A stretch of DNA of 64,000 bases from an uncultured Candidatus Saccharibacteria bacterium. GTDB taxonomy: Bacteria > Patescibacteriota > Saccharimonadia > Saccharimonadales > CAYUUR01. The stretch spans positions 13,001-77,000 of the forward strand of contig CAZEBF010000001.1 in assembly GCA_964510235.1 (NCBI GenBank). The letters are read 5' to 3'. This document shows, one piece after another, positions 1 to 9,563 of this stretch (its first letter is position 1; the number at the start of each line of letters is the position of its first letter). Under the pieces are notes generated by a model. The model had not been told where the DNA came from. It made no database searches and saw only the letters and a program-made list of their open reading frames with translations. The position numbers and the translations under genes were made by a program.

Positions 1-1574
1 TTGTCGGTGACATCAAAGACGTCCATGTACTTGCCAAACATCAGTCGCGTCTGCGAATACAGCCCCGACATGCCGTTATACAGGATGGTGGTGACCGGGA
101 ACAGGATGTATTGCAGCAGCATGAACACCGTGCGGTGTGGTTTGTAGCGCTTCGGTCGCGGTGGCAGCAAACGCAAGCTCAAATACACGGTCACAAATAG
201 ACCGAGCATGGCCAGCGTCTGGATGCGACTAACCAAAAATGGCAGCTGGTTGGCAGCAATGCTGTCTGGATTGATTAACAGTGGTATGAAGCCAGCAAAA
301 GCCAGAATCATCGGTGAAGTCGCCCAAGACACATGGCCTTCAAGCAAACGTCCAAATTTGGTTACTAGATCCCATCGGTCGACCTGGTTTGGCGTAAAAA
401 AGCCCTTCTCTGCCACGTATGCCACATCGGAGGCGCCGTAAGCCCAGCGACGCAACTGCACAAACTGTGCTTTGAGCGTTTTCCAGTAGGTCGAGGAAAT
501 AACCGCGTCTTGATAGATCGGCAGATAAAGCGGATAGACCTCGTGGCGACCTTCGTAACGGAAGTAGGTTCGCCAGAACTGGTGACCGTCTTCTACCACG
601 GTGCGCACACTCCAGTAATCTGTATCGATGAGTGACTGCAAACACTGTGCGTGTGACGAAAAGTTACGAATCATGTGTGGACGAATCGACAAGACAACGT
701 TCCAGAAGGTATTACCGGTGGCGATAACTCGACTCGGTGCTGGCGCGTCCCAGATATTGTTAGTGAAGACAGGTATTGGCTGGTATGAAACATACAACGG
801 ATCTGGCGTTACAGAATAGAGGTAGCTAAGAGCGTTCAGATAATGTTTGTGCGGATGGTTATCAGAATCGAGCGTGGTCACAATCACCTTTAGCGGGTCA
901 AGTTGCTGAGCCCGTACATAGTCGGTCAGCTTTCTGGCCGCATACGTGATGTTCGGGCCCTTACCAATGACTTCATTTGGGATATCACGCGGGTGTTTAC
1001 TGATCATCATGTGCTTAAAGCGTTTACTGTAGCGTTTGAGGAGTTTATGCGCGAGTTCTTCAGTAGCTGGGCCACCTCGCTCCTCATATGCATGCACAAT
1101 AATAACCTTATCCATGTCGTATTCAGAGGCCAGAATTGACTCATACGTTGGTACCAAAACGTCTTCATCTTCATTGTATGTGGCAATAACAATTGCGTGC
1201 GTTACCTCGCCTGGAGAGATGCGAGCTTCTTTGACACGCATACGCAGCAAGTTGTCATAGTGCCACTTGGGACGCTTTACGGTAGCCGGTACTTCTTCGC
1301 CAGTCTGGAGTTCGTGCAACATGGCGGCCCAGTCCAATTTTTGCTGTTGCTCTAGCAAGCGAAAACCTTGGACACTGCGTACATTCAAGCCGACTGCCTT
1401 CACAAACCACATCAGCAAATACGCGATGATCACAAACGCCGCCACCCCTGGACTCAAGAAGCTCAAGATGAACGGCATGGCTAGGATTGTCCAGCTCAAT
1501 GCCCCAGGTAAAATCTCAAACAGACGATAGCGGAAGCCACGGTCTTCTTTATATGGGATTTCGATATTCTTCAT
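1..1574 (-). CDS. Glycosyltransferase family 2 membrane protein, runs off the left window edge
   Basis: Not in the ORF track because its stop lies outside the window. ATG at 1574 gives MKNIEIPYKEDRGFRYRLFEILPGALSW, followed by TM segments and GT2-like motifs (GKGPNITY, TTLDSD, QLRRWAYG). Confidence 0.8.
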   Translation of the reverse strand, partial: MKNIEIPYKEDRGFRYRLFEILPGALSWTILAMPFILSFLSPGVAAFVIIAYLLMWFVKAVGLNVRSVQGFRLLEQQQKLDWAAMLHELQTGEEVPATVKRPKWHYDNLLRMRVKEARISPGEVTHAIVIATYNEDEDVLVPTYESILASEYDMDKVIIVHAYEERGGPATEELAHKLLKRYSKRFKHMMISKHPRDIPNEVIGKGPNITYAARKLTDYVRAQQLDPLKVIVTTLDSDNHPHKHYLNALSYLYSVTPDPLYVSYQPIPVFTNNIWDAPAPSRVIATGNTFWNVVLSIRPHMIRNFSSHAQCLQSLIDTDYWSVRTVVEDGHQFWRTYFRYEGRHEVYPLYLPIYQDAVISSTYWKTLKAQFVQLRRWAYGASDVAYVAEKGFFTPNQVDRWDLVTKFGRLLEGHVSWATSPMILAFAGFIPLLINPDSIAANQLPFLVSRIQTLAMLGLFVTVYLSLRLLPPRPKRYKPHRTVFMLLQYILFPVTTILYNGMSGLYSQTRLMFGKYMDVFDVTD

Positions 1575-1577
1575 AGT

Positions 1578-1934
1578 TTACTGCAGCACAAGTAGTGCGT
1601 TACTGACAATCAGGGTCAAAACAAGCAGTAAAATGCCAAAGCCCAGGACCACCAAACTGAGCTGACGCTTGAGTTCATAGACCCGCAAACTCAATACTGT
1701 GCTAACCACTAGAATTGCAACTGCAAAGAAGATGAACGACAGCATATCAAGCACCGTTCCCGCTGCAAAAGCGTTCAGGCCAAGATTCTCGCGGTACTGC
1801 ACGATGAAGTCGCCCCCACTGTTGCCACTAAGGCGAAGTAGGACCATCAGTGTCACAAGAATAGCCAAAAAAAGATTGGCGCTCAGTAAAGCTAAGACCG
1901 GCTTGTCATGAAAGTACTTTTTGGGGATTTCCAT
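1578..1934 (-). CDS. Small membrane protein (3 TM)
   Basis: 118-aa hydrophobic ORF ending 3 nt before the GT2 start; TAGAAT lies 7 nt upstream of its ATG. Confidence 0.7.
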   Translation of the reverse strand: MEIPKKYFHDKPVLALLSANLFLAILVTLMVLLRLSGNSGGDFIVQYRENLGLNAFAAGTVLDMLSFIFFAVAILVVSTVLSLRVYELKRQLSLVVLGFGILLLVLTLIVSNALLVLQ

Positions 1935-1967
1935 TTCTTCTATTCTAGAACGTTTTACTCGATGTTC

Positions 1968-3170
1968 CTAGTCCTTACCGAGCGTTGCGATAACCGCTGG
2001 TTCTGCCACCAGCGCATCATCTGCATGCAATGCTTGCCGGCCAACTAGCAGCCAGTAGACCAGCACTACAAACCCGAGAACAGCCATAATCTGTACAGCC
2101 CTAAAAGCACCATAATCGCGGAAGGCCCAACCCAGCAAGAAACTCATTGGTATGCTGATAGCTGTACCTGCTGCTGTCACCGTTGAAAGCAACGAGGCGC
2201 GCACACTTGACGGCGTGTTTTCTTGGATGCGTGTCTCTATCTGGTTATCAAGCGCCGACGAAGCCACAATCTGTACCGCAAAGATAATCAAACCAACCCA
2301 GTGATCGACCAAACCAATCAAGATAAGTGGAACCGTACTGGCAATAATCAAAGGAGTTAATCGCGTCCGCAAGCGGTGCGCAATCACACTACCCAGTGCC
2401 CACATAAATGCATAAATTGCCCACAGAATCCCAAGAAATTCTGCGTCACTGGTGTAGCGCAAAATATAGAGCTGCCCAAAGTCTGCCTTGAACAGCTCCA
2501 TCAGCGATAACGAGATCATCACGATTGTTAGGACTCTAAGTAACCGAATGTGGAGTATCTTTTTGGAGGCCGCACCCAACTCCCGCAGGACACGTTCCTT
2601 GCGTTCCAGCTGATGAAAACGTGGCTCGCGAACGGTCAGGAGAAGCGCGATATTTATGAGGCACGGGACAAGCGATATGTAGAATGTCATCTGATATGAA
2701 GATGCCTCAGCGATATAGCCACTCGCAATGTTGGCAACCCCCGCCCCAGCCAGGAACAATCCATAGGCCCAACCAATCATACGACTATAATCTTTGGTCC
2801 GATTTTCTTCGCGTAAGGTGTCGTAGACGATAGCCTGATAACTTCCTTCGACCAGCACATCGTACAGTCCATACAAAAGCATGCTCAGTGCGTACACAGT
2901 CAGTCCGGGGCTGACACCAGCCAACAACGAACTGAGCGCCAATGCAAATGAGCCCAGTATTAACGTGCCCTTACGACTCCACTTATCGGCGAGTATACCC
3001 GTAGGAATATCAAGCAGGAGCGAGCTAAGTAGGGCAGTTGCTGCAGCAAAACCCACCCCAACTTCGTCGATGCCTATCGAGGCCATAAATAACTTTTCAA
3101 TACCGTACCAAAACACCAATCCTGTCAGGAAGTTACTCAGCAGCAGTTTTTGGATTTGTGTTAGTCTCAC
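1968..3170 (-). CDS. MFS transporter
   Basis: 400 aa with about 12 TM segments and MFS motif A (GILADKWSRK). Confidence 0.85.
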   Translation of the reverse strand: MRLTQIQKLLLSNFLTGLVFWYGIEKLFMASIGIDEVGVGFAAATALLSSLLLDIPTGILADKWSRKGTLILGSFALALSSLLAGVSPGLTVYALSMLLYGLYDVLVEGSYQAIVYDTLREENRTKDYSRMIGWAYGLFLAGAGVANIASGYIAEASSYQMTFYISLVPCLINIALLLTVREPRFHQLERKERVLRELGAASKKILHIRLLRVLTIVMISLSLMELFKADFGQLYILRYTSDAEFLGILWAIYAFMWALGSVIAHRLRTRLTPLIIASTVPLILIGLVDHWVGLIIFAVQIVASSALDNQIETRIQENTPSSVRASLLSTVTAAGTAISIPMSFLLGWAFRDYGAFRAVQIMAVLGFVVLVYWLLVGRQALHADDALVAEPAVIATLGKD

Positions 3171-3202
3171 CAGGCATCCTTTGGCTAGGCTTCTCTAATG
3201 TA

Positions 3203-3277
3203 TGGTGCGGGTAGGGAGAATCGAACTCACCTCTCAGCCTTGGGAAGGCTACATAATAACCACTATACGATACCCGC
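3203..3277 (-). tRNA. tRNA-Gly(CCC)
   Basis: Acceptor stem GCGGGTA/TACCCGC, anticodon loop TTCCCAA, T-loop TTCGATT, encoded CCA. Confidence 0.92.
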
Positions 3278-3285
3278 ATAAACAC

Positions 3286-3362
3286 TGGAGCCACCTGCCG
3301 GAATCGAACCGGCGACCTACACGTTACGAATGTGTCGCTCTAGCCAACTGAGCTAAGGTGGC
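3286..3362 (-). tRNA. tRNA-Thr(CGT)
   Basis: Acceptor stem GCCACCT/AGGTGGC, anticodon loop TTCGTAA, GGTTCGATTCC T arm, encoded CCA. Confidence 0.93.
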
Positions 3363-3530
3363 ACGTATGATTCGTCAGCTATTATAGCAAAAATGTATCT
3401 CTGTTGCTTTATCTCTGAAAAAGTGTATGCTTAAGCCACAGGTTTCTTACTAGCCGTTCGTTTTACTAACTGTGCTGATAAGATAAAAAGGTCGTCCTGT
3501 GTTAGTTAACAAAGAAAAGAGTTCCATCCA

Positions 3531-3809
3531 ATGGCTAGTAAGTTATTCGTAGGCGGTTTGCCCTACTCTACTACCGATGACGAACTGCAAGATGTTTTTG
3601 CCGCACACGGTAAAGTCCTCTCTGCAAAAGTTATCATGGATCGTGAAACAGGTCGCTCAAAAGGCTTTGGTTTCGTCGAGTTTGAAAACGACGACGAAGC
3701 AAAGGCAGCAATGAAGGCCCTTCATGATTCAGAGCTTGGCGGTCGCCGAATTCTTGTGAACGAAGCTCGTCCACAAGAACCACGTGCCCCACGCAGCAAC
3801 AGCTACTAA
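3531..3809 (+). CDS. RRM-domain RNA-binding protein
   Basis: RNP2 (KLFVGGL) and RNP1 (KGFGFVEF) motifs. Confidence 0.95.
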   Translation: MASKLFVGGLPYSTTDDELQDVFAAHGKVLSAKVIMDRETGRSKGFGFVEFENDDEAKAAMKALHDSELGGRRILVNEARPQEPRAPRSNSY

Positions 3810-3825
3810 TCGTAGTTGAAGCAAC

Positions 3826-3854
3826 AAGAAGCCCCTCATAACGAGGGGCTTCTT
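3826..3854. terminator. Probable bidirectional intrinsic terminator
   Basis: Hairpin AAGAAGCCCCTC-ATAAC-GAGGGGCTTCTT between the convergent RRM and KGG genes. Confidence 0.75.
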
Positions 3855-3890
3855 AGTATTTGGGGCTTCGCCGACTCTGTCTTGGTTGGA

Positions 3891-4010
3891 CTAGGATTTT
3901 TTCGAGGGTCGACCGCCGCCATGGCTAGCTTTCCCTCCTCTCCGTGCAATTTCAGTTCGTTTAGCTTTAGACATTGCTGCAAAGCCGCGTTTGGCTGTTG
4001 ATTTGGCCAT
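3891..4010 (-). CDS. 39-aa KGG-motif stress-induced protein (YciG/Con-10-like)
   Basis: Manual translation MAKSTAKRGFAAMSKAKRTEIARRGGKASHGGGRPSKKS*; strong SD GAGGAGG; below the ORF-track size cutoff. Confidence 0.8.
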   Translation of the reverse strand: MAKSTAKRGFAAMSKAKRTEIARRGGKASHGGGRPSKKS

Positions 4011-4117
4011 ATTTCCCTCCTCTTTCGTTAATGGCCTTCGTATCATAAGAAATAATCCATTAATCAACTATGAGAAATCTCATAGTTGATAGGCGCAATT
4101 ATGAGCGTTGATCCAAA

Positions 4118-5641
4118 CTAGCGGATGGTTGGGCGGTCAGCTTTCCACTTAGCGACAGCGTTGGTCCAAACGGCTTTGTCTTTAGTAATCTTGAAGCAAC
4201 TTGGTAGCGTGTATGGAAATTCGCCCTCACCAAGCCAAACAAACGTATTATTCTTGCAAGACTTCACTTCTGCGTTTGCAGGGATTGATAAGTTACCGAT
4301 GCTCGACTTTCGGTCAGCCATGAATACATTATTCTCAATTACTAACTTGGGTCCTTTGTCTTTCGCGTACCAACCTTTAAACAACATAGCGAAACCGTAA
4401 TTGCCGTACTTCTCTGGCTTAAACATAGTGTAGTACGGTTTCATGCTCATCAGATTGTTGCGGATTGTCCAGGTGTTATTCTGACCATTCGGATTTATCC
4501 CATCGTACGTTGCAGCACTAAAGCCTGCAAAACAGCCCTCAAACAGTGAATCCTCTGTTATGCCATTATGCAGAAAATCATTTTCGACACAGTCATCATG
4601 TATGTCTGACATATACACGTCCTTGATATGGAAGTTTGCCGCCCGTGACTCCATACGAATACCGTCGCCTTGGTTGTGCGCCCGATAGCCCTCCACCAAG
4701 AAGTCACTCATTCGGATCGTCATCGCACCAGCATGATGATAGTCTTTTGACCACGTAACATCTGGCGAGCGGTCATTCCATGCACCAGTGTACTTACCGC
4801 CGTACCAACAGGCTGGGCCAGCTCCATCGACGCCAATTGCCCATGATACCGGTACTCCTGTTGAGGTCGTACCGTCCCAGTAGGCACGACGAGCGTCGTA
4901 GACGGTGTTTTTAGCGATAGAGTAATCGCGGTATTCTCGTTTTTGCAGATCAGACAGTACTTTTCGCGACCCCTTGCGGTTTAGGCAGATGGAATTTTCT
5001 GCAGTTCTACTGCTTGCTGCTTTGTTGCAGTCAATAAATGATGATGGATTGATAGTCGCAGCCTGGAACTCCTTGAGGGCAGCCTGATATGCAGCGTCCG
5101 TTTTGAAGGTCTTCCTAACTGGTTGGACCGAGTACTGAGGCTTTGACTGGCCAGAACGACTTTGTGCGCTAAACACCAGCTCATCGCCACCACTCTGAGA
5201 AAGTACCAGCTGCATGGCCGTAACTTCACCACCCCACCACTGGGTGTTTGTGGTTGTCCGACCGGCAGACTGTGTAGCCCTCTTTTTCTGATACACCGTT
5301 GCGACAGCTTTAGCATTCATAACACTCTTGGGTTTGGTCGCCAGGATAGTTGCCGTAATCCGGTCGCCACTGACTGTTTTACAAGCATGAAAGGCGACCT
5401 GAGCACTACTTTTTGGGTTGCTGCGAATATCAACCTTGGTGTAACTCGCCGCTTTGGCGGTCAAGTCACGCTGATGATATTGCGAATACAGTGTAATTGA
5501 GACCAACGATACAACTCCGGCGAACAGAACCAGCAGCAATAGTTTTTGCCACACACGAAGCCCGCTTAGACCGCGGCGCCCACCAACCCGCACTTGTTTG
5601 CGTTGAGTTTTTTTGGTTTGAGGTTTCTTGCGTTGTGCCAT
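4118..5641 (-). CDS. Membrane-anchored extracellular protein with probable right-handed beta-helix (pectin lyase-like) C-terminal domain
   Basis: Basic N-terminus plus one TM; C-terminal half has beta-helix-like repeats (GDGIR, IHDDCVEND, WTIRNN, IENNVF). Confidence 0.6.
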   Translation of the reverse strand: MAQRKKPQTKKTQRKQVRVGGRRGLSGLRVWQKLLLLVLFAGVVSLVSITLYSQYHQRDLTAKAASYTKVDIRSNPKSSAQVAFHACKTVSGDRITATILATKPKSVMNAKAVATVYQKKRATQSAGRTTTNTQWWGGEVTAMQLVLSQSGGDELVFSAQSRSGQSKPQYSVQPVRKTFKTDAAYQAALKEFQAATINPSSFIDCNKAASSRTAENSICLNRKGSRKVLSDLQKREYRDYSIAKNTVYDARRAYWDGTTSTGVPVSWAIGVDGAGPACWYGGKYTGAWNDRSPDVTWSKDYHHAGAMTIRMSDFLVEGYRAHNQGDGIRMESRAANFHIKDVYMSDIHDDCVENDFLHNGITEDSLFEGCFAGFSAATYDGINPNGQNNTWTIRNNLMSMKPYYTMFKPEKYGNYGFAMLFKGWYAKDKGPKLVIENNVFMADRKSSIGNLSIPANAEVKSCKNNTFVWLGEGEFPYTLPSCFKITKDKAVWTNAVAKWKADRPTIR

Positions 5642-5726
5642 GTTTGATATACCTTACCCTTACCATAAGCGGTAAAACAGTAATTGGCAAGCGGCATTTA
5701 CGCTGGATGTTCAGACAGACAGACCG

Positions 5727-6746
5727 CTACGGCTCGATCACGCGCAGCAAAGTGTCAACTGAGTCCTCAAGCGTAAAGAAACGGCAGGCTGTTGCGCGCT
5801 CTTTCTTGCTCACCGTGCCAAGGGCGATGGCTTCCTCGATACCTTCTACAAGATCGGGTGGATGACGTGGTTTTACGAGTGTGAGTAATCCGCAGTTTGT
5901 CTGTGGAATACCACCAATATTGCTGGCAACTACACGGCAACCGGCATGTTGTGCTTCGACAGACAGCATGCCAAACGGTTCACGGAACACCGATGGCATC
6001 AGTAACACATCATGCCTTGCTAGCACCCGAGCCATATCTTTCACGGTAGTTTGTGCCGGTATAATTTGCGCATATGGGTACGCCTTGAGCATGCTCTTAA
6101 GTGTTTTGCCTGACTCGACATTCAGACCAGCTGCAACAATGCTGACCCGCCAGTCGTTTGCGCCGTGTTCATAATTCCGGCGGTGCAAAGTCTCGAGCAA
6201 AGTATAGATGCCCTTTTCGGGGTGCAATCGGCCCGCAAAAATGAGTCGCGGATGCTTGGTTGGTTTTGGGCGATGGATATTGTCGTAGATCGGATCGGCA
6301 AACGGTGCCACCACACGCATATGGCTAACCGGGATTTTCAGAAACAGAGCCCATTGTTGAGCATTATAAAAACTGGTGGCGATGATGATCTTGTCCTGCA
6401 TAGCACGGATGTCATACGCGGCCATTTGTTGCTTGTTAGGGATAACGTTATGAACGATGACGGCAATCTGCTGATTCTTGTTGCGCCGCCCGGCAAAGGC
6501 AAAAAAATTGTTCACGAATATCAGGGTGCCTTCTAGCTTGGCTACGTCGGCTTTACTCTTCACATACAGGAACGGAATGCCTTTGAAATGCTTAGAAAGA
6601 GATAGAGGTCGGCGCGCGCCTACAATTACCACTCGCGCCTCAATGCCGCGCCGCAACAGCTCTCGTACCTGGCCGGCTGTGTACGTCTCTGAACCACCCG
6701 TCCCCGCTAACATTTGCTCTCCAGGTGGCCAGATGAAGTTAATCAT
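5727..6746 (-). CDS. Glycosyltransferase family 4 (GT-B)
   Basis: GGSE, FAGRLHPEKG, EPFGMLSVEA and ASNIGG motifs. Confidence 0.9.
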   Translation of the reverse strand: MINFIWPPGEQMLAGTGGSETYTAGQVRELLRRGIEARVVIVGARRPLSLSKHFKGIPFLYVKSKADVAKLEGTLIFVNNFFAFAGRRNKNQQIAVIVHNVIPNKQQMAAYDIRAMQDKIIIATSFYNAQQWALFLKIPVSHMRVVAPFADPIYDNIHRPKPTKHPRLIFAGRLHPEKGIYTLLETLHRRNYEHGANDWRVSIVAAGLNVESGKTLKSMLKAYPYAQIIPAQTTVKDMARVLARHDVLLMPSVFREPFGMLSVEAQHAGCRVVASNIGGIPQTNCGLLTLVKPRHPPDLVEGIEEAIALGTVSKKERATACRFFTLEDSVDTLLRVIEP

Positions 6747-6784
6747 TACAGGCCTAGTATACTCCTGGTCTGAGCAATCTGTAT

Positions 6785-7768
6785 CTATTGTTGTTTTTGT
6801 GCGAGCTTACTACGCAGCACGAGTGCCATGGCGTGAGACCATGCCAGCGGCGTATGAGCGCACTGCTTATTACTGGCGAGATACGACTCAGGTAGTCCGT
6901 TCTCGGTATAAAGGGACTCGGTTTGGTGCAAGTAGTGCCGTGCCTTATCAGTATTACCCAACGCAAAGTGAGCAATACCCAACCACGGCAGACCCATCAC
7001 CCACTGAGGTTCTTCGCCGTCTTTTGCTTCATAGTGATCGCCAACGTAGCGGATCACGCCGTGTTCACGCAGTAGCGTATGCTCAACAGCCTTCACGATA
7101 TCCGCATTCAGGTAGCCGTACGGCCACACCAGAGATAACTGCGCCAAGTCGACTTCATGCAGAACACTCTCGCGTGGAAGTAGATTCTCTAAATTCTCTT
7201 TTGCCGATGCCAGCATGTGCTCATCGTGCTCGCAGAACGCAGCCACGTTTTCGATGCCCTTAATACACGCAGCCAACGATGAGGCATGGAGCGTAGCTTC
7301 TTCTTCCCACATGCCATTGTCGGCATCACGAAAGTACTGACAGGCCTCCAGATAGTTTACAAGCTGCTGGCAAAGCTTCTTCATGGCATCACTAAGTAAC
7401 GATGGATCGGTTTGATACAGTCGGCCAAGTCCAAACAACAGCACACCAACAGCATCGTGCTGTTTATTACTCCACTCACCCTCTACCCGTGCGCCATCAG
7501 TAGTGAAGCGCGGTGGCAGAATGTTCTCTGCTTGTGTGGGATAGGCTTTTCTTTCGAGTAATGTGTGGTACTTGGCAACAATACCACAAAGCGCCTCATA
7601 GACTCGTGCGGCGGCTTTGTGCTGGCCAGCTTCTTGCATCGCCAGCGCAACATAGACGTTATCTCGTATCCAGACATGTTGATAATTCGGTCCGTCTCCA
7701 GCCAAGGACAAGCCGTCTGGAAGCTGCTGAGATCTGATTACTTCTAGGTCTTTGTTTGTGTCATTCAT
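6785..7768 (-). CDS. Glycoside hydrolase family 15 (glucoamylase-like)
   Basis: YQHVWIRD, DNGMWEE, GVIRY, LPESY and PLAWSHA motifs; start moved to MNDTNK, 6 nt after TGCTATGAT. Confidence 0.85.
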   Translation of the reverse strand: MNDTNKDLEVIRSQQLPDGLSLAGDGPNYQHVWIRDNVYVALAMQEAGQHKAAARVYEALCGIVAKYHTLLERKAYPTQAENILPPRFTTDGARVEGEWSNKQHDAVGVLLFGLGRLYQTDPSLLSDAMKKLCQQLVNYLEACQYFRDADNGMWEEEATLHASSLAACIKGIENVAAFCEHDEHMLASAKENLENLLPRESVLHEVDLAQLSLVWPYGYLNADIVKAVEHTLLREHGVIRYVGDHYEAKDGEEPQWVMGLPWLGIAHFALGNTDKARHYLHQTESLYTENGLPESYLASNKQCAHTPLAWSHAMALVLRSKLAQKQQ

Positions 7769-7850
7769 ACGACCATCATAGCAAAGATCAAATCTTCTCG
7801 TTCTGTACTTGATGATCTCAATCGGATACATTGAGCAAGAGACTGTAGAT

Positions 7851-8339
7851 CTAGTCGTCTACGTCGTCTTGATACCACATATCTTCGTAGTCGACGACAA
7901 TCTGGCCCTCACCAGTGGCGGAGTCGATCACAATATCAGCAACTTCGCCTGGTTCGAGCCAACGCACCTCAACGGACGCCTCCAAGATACCGGCTGCTGT
8001 TAGTACTTCTAGGACTTCATCGCGCTGCGTCATCTCCATGACTTCGCCATCCACAGTCACATCCATGGCACCAGCCACCCACGCTTTTAGCTTTGCTGCG
8101 TCAGCACGAGTAGAGCTGATTGCATCCACTACTGCGGCTAGCTGCCGCAGGTCAACCACGCCATCAGAGTGTGTCATGTATGCGGTCTCTGTGGTGGCAT
8201 CGTACATTCCCACACCCGTACACGTACCGAGTCCGTATGTGGCAATTAATTCACCGTTAGTTGCAGTACCGAACTCACCCATGCCGACTACAACGTCAGC
8301 TTCTGGTGGGATGTATTCGTGGTCGTAGCTATCTGTCAT
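7851..8339 (-). CDS. CheD-like Cys/His deamidase-fold protein
   Basis: TYGLGTCTGVGMYD...AYMTH resembles the CheD TxGLGSC...H catalytic motif; acidic protein. Confidence 0.5.
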   Translation of the reverse strand: MTDSYDHEYIPPEADVVVGMGEFGTATNGELIATYGLGTCTGVGMYDATTETAYMTHSDGVVDLRQLAAVVDAISSTRADAAKLKAWVAGAMDVTVDGEVMEMTQRDEVLEVLTAAGILEASVEVRWLEPGEVADIVIDSATGEGQIVVDYEDMWYQDDVDD

Positions 8340-9123
8340 GGTTTATTGTAGTGTCTCTTACTTCGGCAAGTATAGATGCAGCATCAAGTGGCGGGCCCCA
8401 TACGGTCGCAGTTGCGCGAGTACGGTGGTGATTGAGAACAGTTACCATGTCTTTATGACTGGTAATGACCGTTGGACCATTTGGCGGCATGCCATCGTAT
8501 AGTGTCCAGCTCGGGTTGAACAGGATTGGTCGGCGCGCCAGTGCAAAGAGTGACTTATCTCCAACCGTATCACCCATATGTACATCTAGCTGACTGGTGT
8601 CACCATCCCGAATCACTGCGTACTCCTCCGCTTTATCAATACTGTAGGCCTCGTCTGTAAAACGCCCGCCGCGATGCACATAGGTACTACCAATTAATCC
8701 AACAAATCCAAGATCTTCTGTGAATGGTTCCATGAGCCACTCGGGCATGAGAGAAATCGAGACGACATTATGCGTGGGCTTGAGCTTTTCAATGATTGCT
8801 GTGGTTATGTTCCAGCGTCGGTGCCTTTGCTGGTTGGCCACGATTTGCGCTGCCTCACCTAGCAGGCTAACCGATTTACCAGGCACTTGGTCAATAAAGA
8901 ACCGGACGAGCTGACCAAGATGCGCATTGTACGTTTGCTCAGTGTTATCACCTTTCCAGGCTTGCTTAGCTGCTGTTACTTCCTGGGGAATTGGATCAAA
9001 CACGCCTTGCTCAGACAGCCACTGCGTATACGTCTCCAGTACAGTCATCTTAAAAACCGTACCATCTAGGTCGAAGGTTGCATCGGGCAAGTTTGGGTTG
9101 ATTCCACCGTTGAGCTCAATCAT
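8329..9123 (-). CDS. HAD-superfamily (IB-like) phosphatase
   Basis: FDLDGT motif I, conserved Lys, and GDTVGD motif IV. Confidence 0.8.
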   Translation of the reverse strand: MIELNGGINPNLPDATFDLDGTVFKMTVLETYTQWLSEQGVFDPIPQEVTAAKQAWKGDNTEQTYNAHLGQLVRFFIDQVPGKSVSLLGEAAQIVANQQRHRRWNITTAIIEKLKPTHNVVSISLMPEWLMEPFTEDLGFVGLIGSTYVHRGGRFTDEAYSIDKAEEYAVIRDGDTSQLDVHMGDTVGDKSLFALARRPILFNPSWTLYDGMPPNGPTVITSHKDMVTVLNHHRTRATATVWGPPLDAASILAEVRDTTINHDR

Positions 9124-9182
9124 AGCCTTAATATAGCAAAAAACACTTCAAAACTAAGTGGTTGTGGTTAGTAAAACTGAGG

Positions 9183-9563
9183 CTAGTTGTCTTTGGTGAA
9201 GAATGAAATGTTGAAGCCTTCGGGGTCGGTGATGCGGAAGGAGGTATCTCCCCAGCTGTTGTGACGCAGTTCATGAACAACCGGCGTGTTGTCTTTGAGC
9301 TTTTCCCAGAGGCCTTCCACGTCAGTTACTTCCCATGACACATCGGCACCCTGCACTTGCTTGTAACCATCAGGCGGACTGAGCAGTTCGAGCGTAGTAT
9401 TCCCTACCAAGAACATAACACCTTTGTTGTTTGGGCCGTTATCCCACTCGTGAGTAACCACAAAGCCAAGCTTGTCTTCATAGAAGCTACGAACTAAGCC
9501 AAAATCATTAGGGTAGAGCTTGAGCCGAAACTCATTAACAGAAGTTAGTGCAGGGTCAATCAC
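9183..9563 (-). CDS. VOC/glyoxalase family protein
   Basis: FYEDKLGF...WGDTSFRITDPEG signature. Confidence 0.88.
   Translation of the reverse strand: MIDPALTSVNEFRLKLYPNDFGLVRSFYEDKLGFVVTHEWDNGPNNKGVMFLVGNTTLELLSPPDGYKQVQGADVSWEVTDVEGLWEKLKDNTPVVHELRHNSWGDTSFRITDPEGFNISFFTKDN

Noticed and set aside
6478-7263. 261-aa plus-strand ORF and other long antisense ORFs (33200-33874, 56850-57434, 62154-62831)
   Set aside because: They are shadows of well-supported minus-strand genes and carry no motifs of their own.
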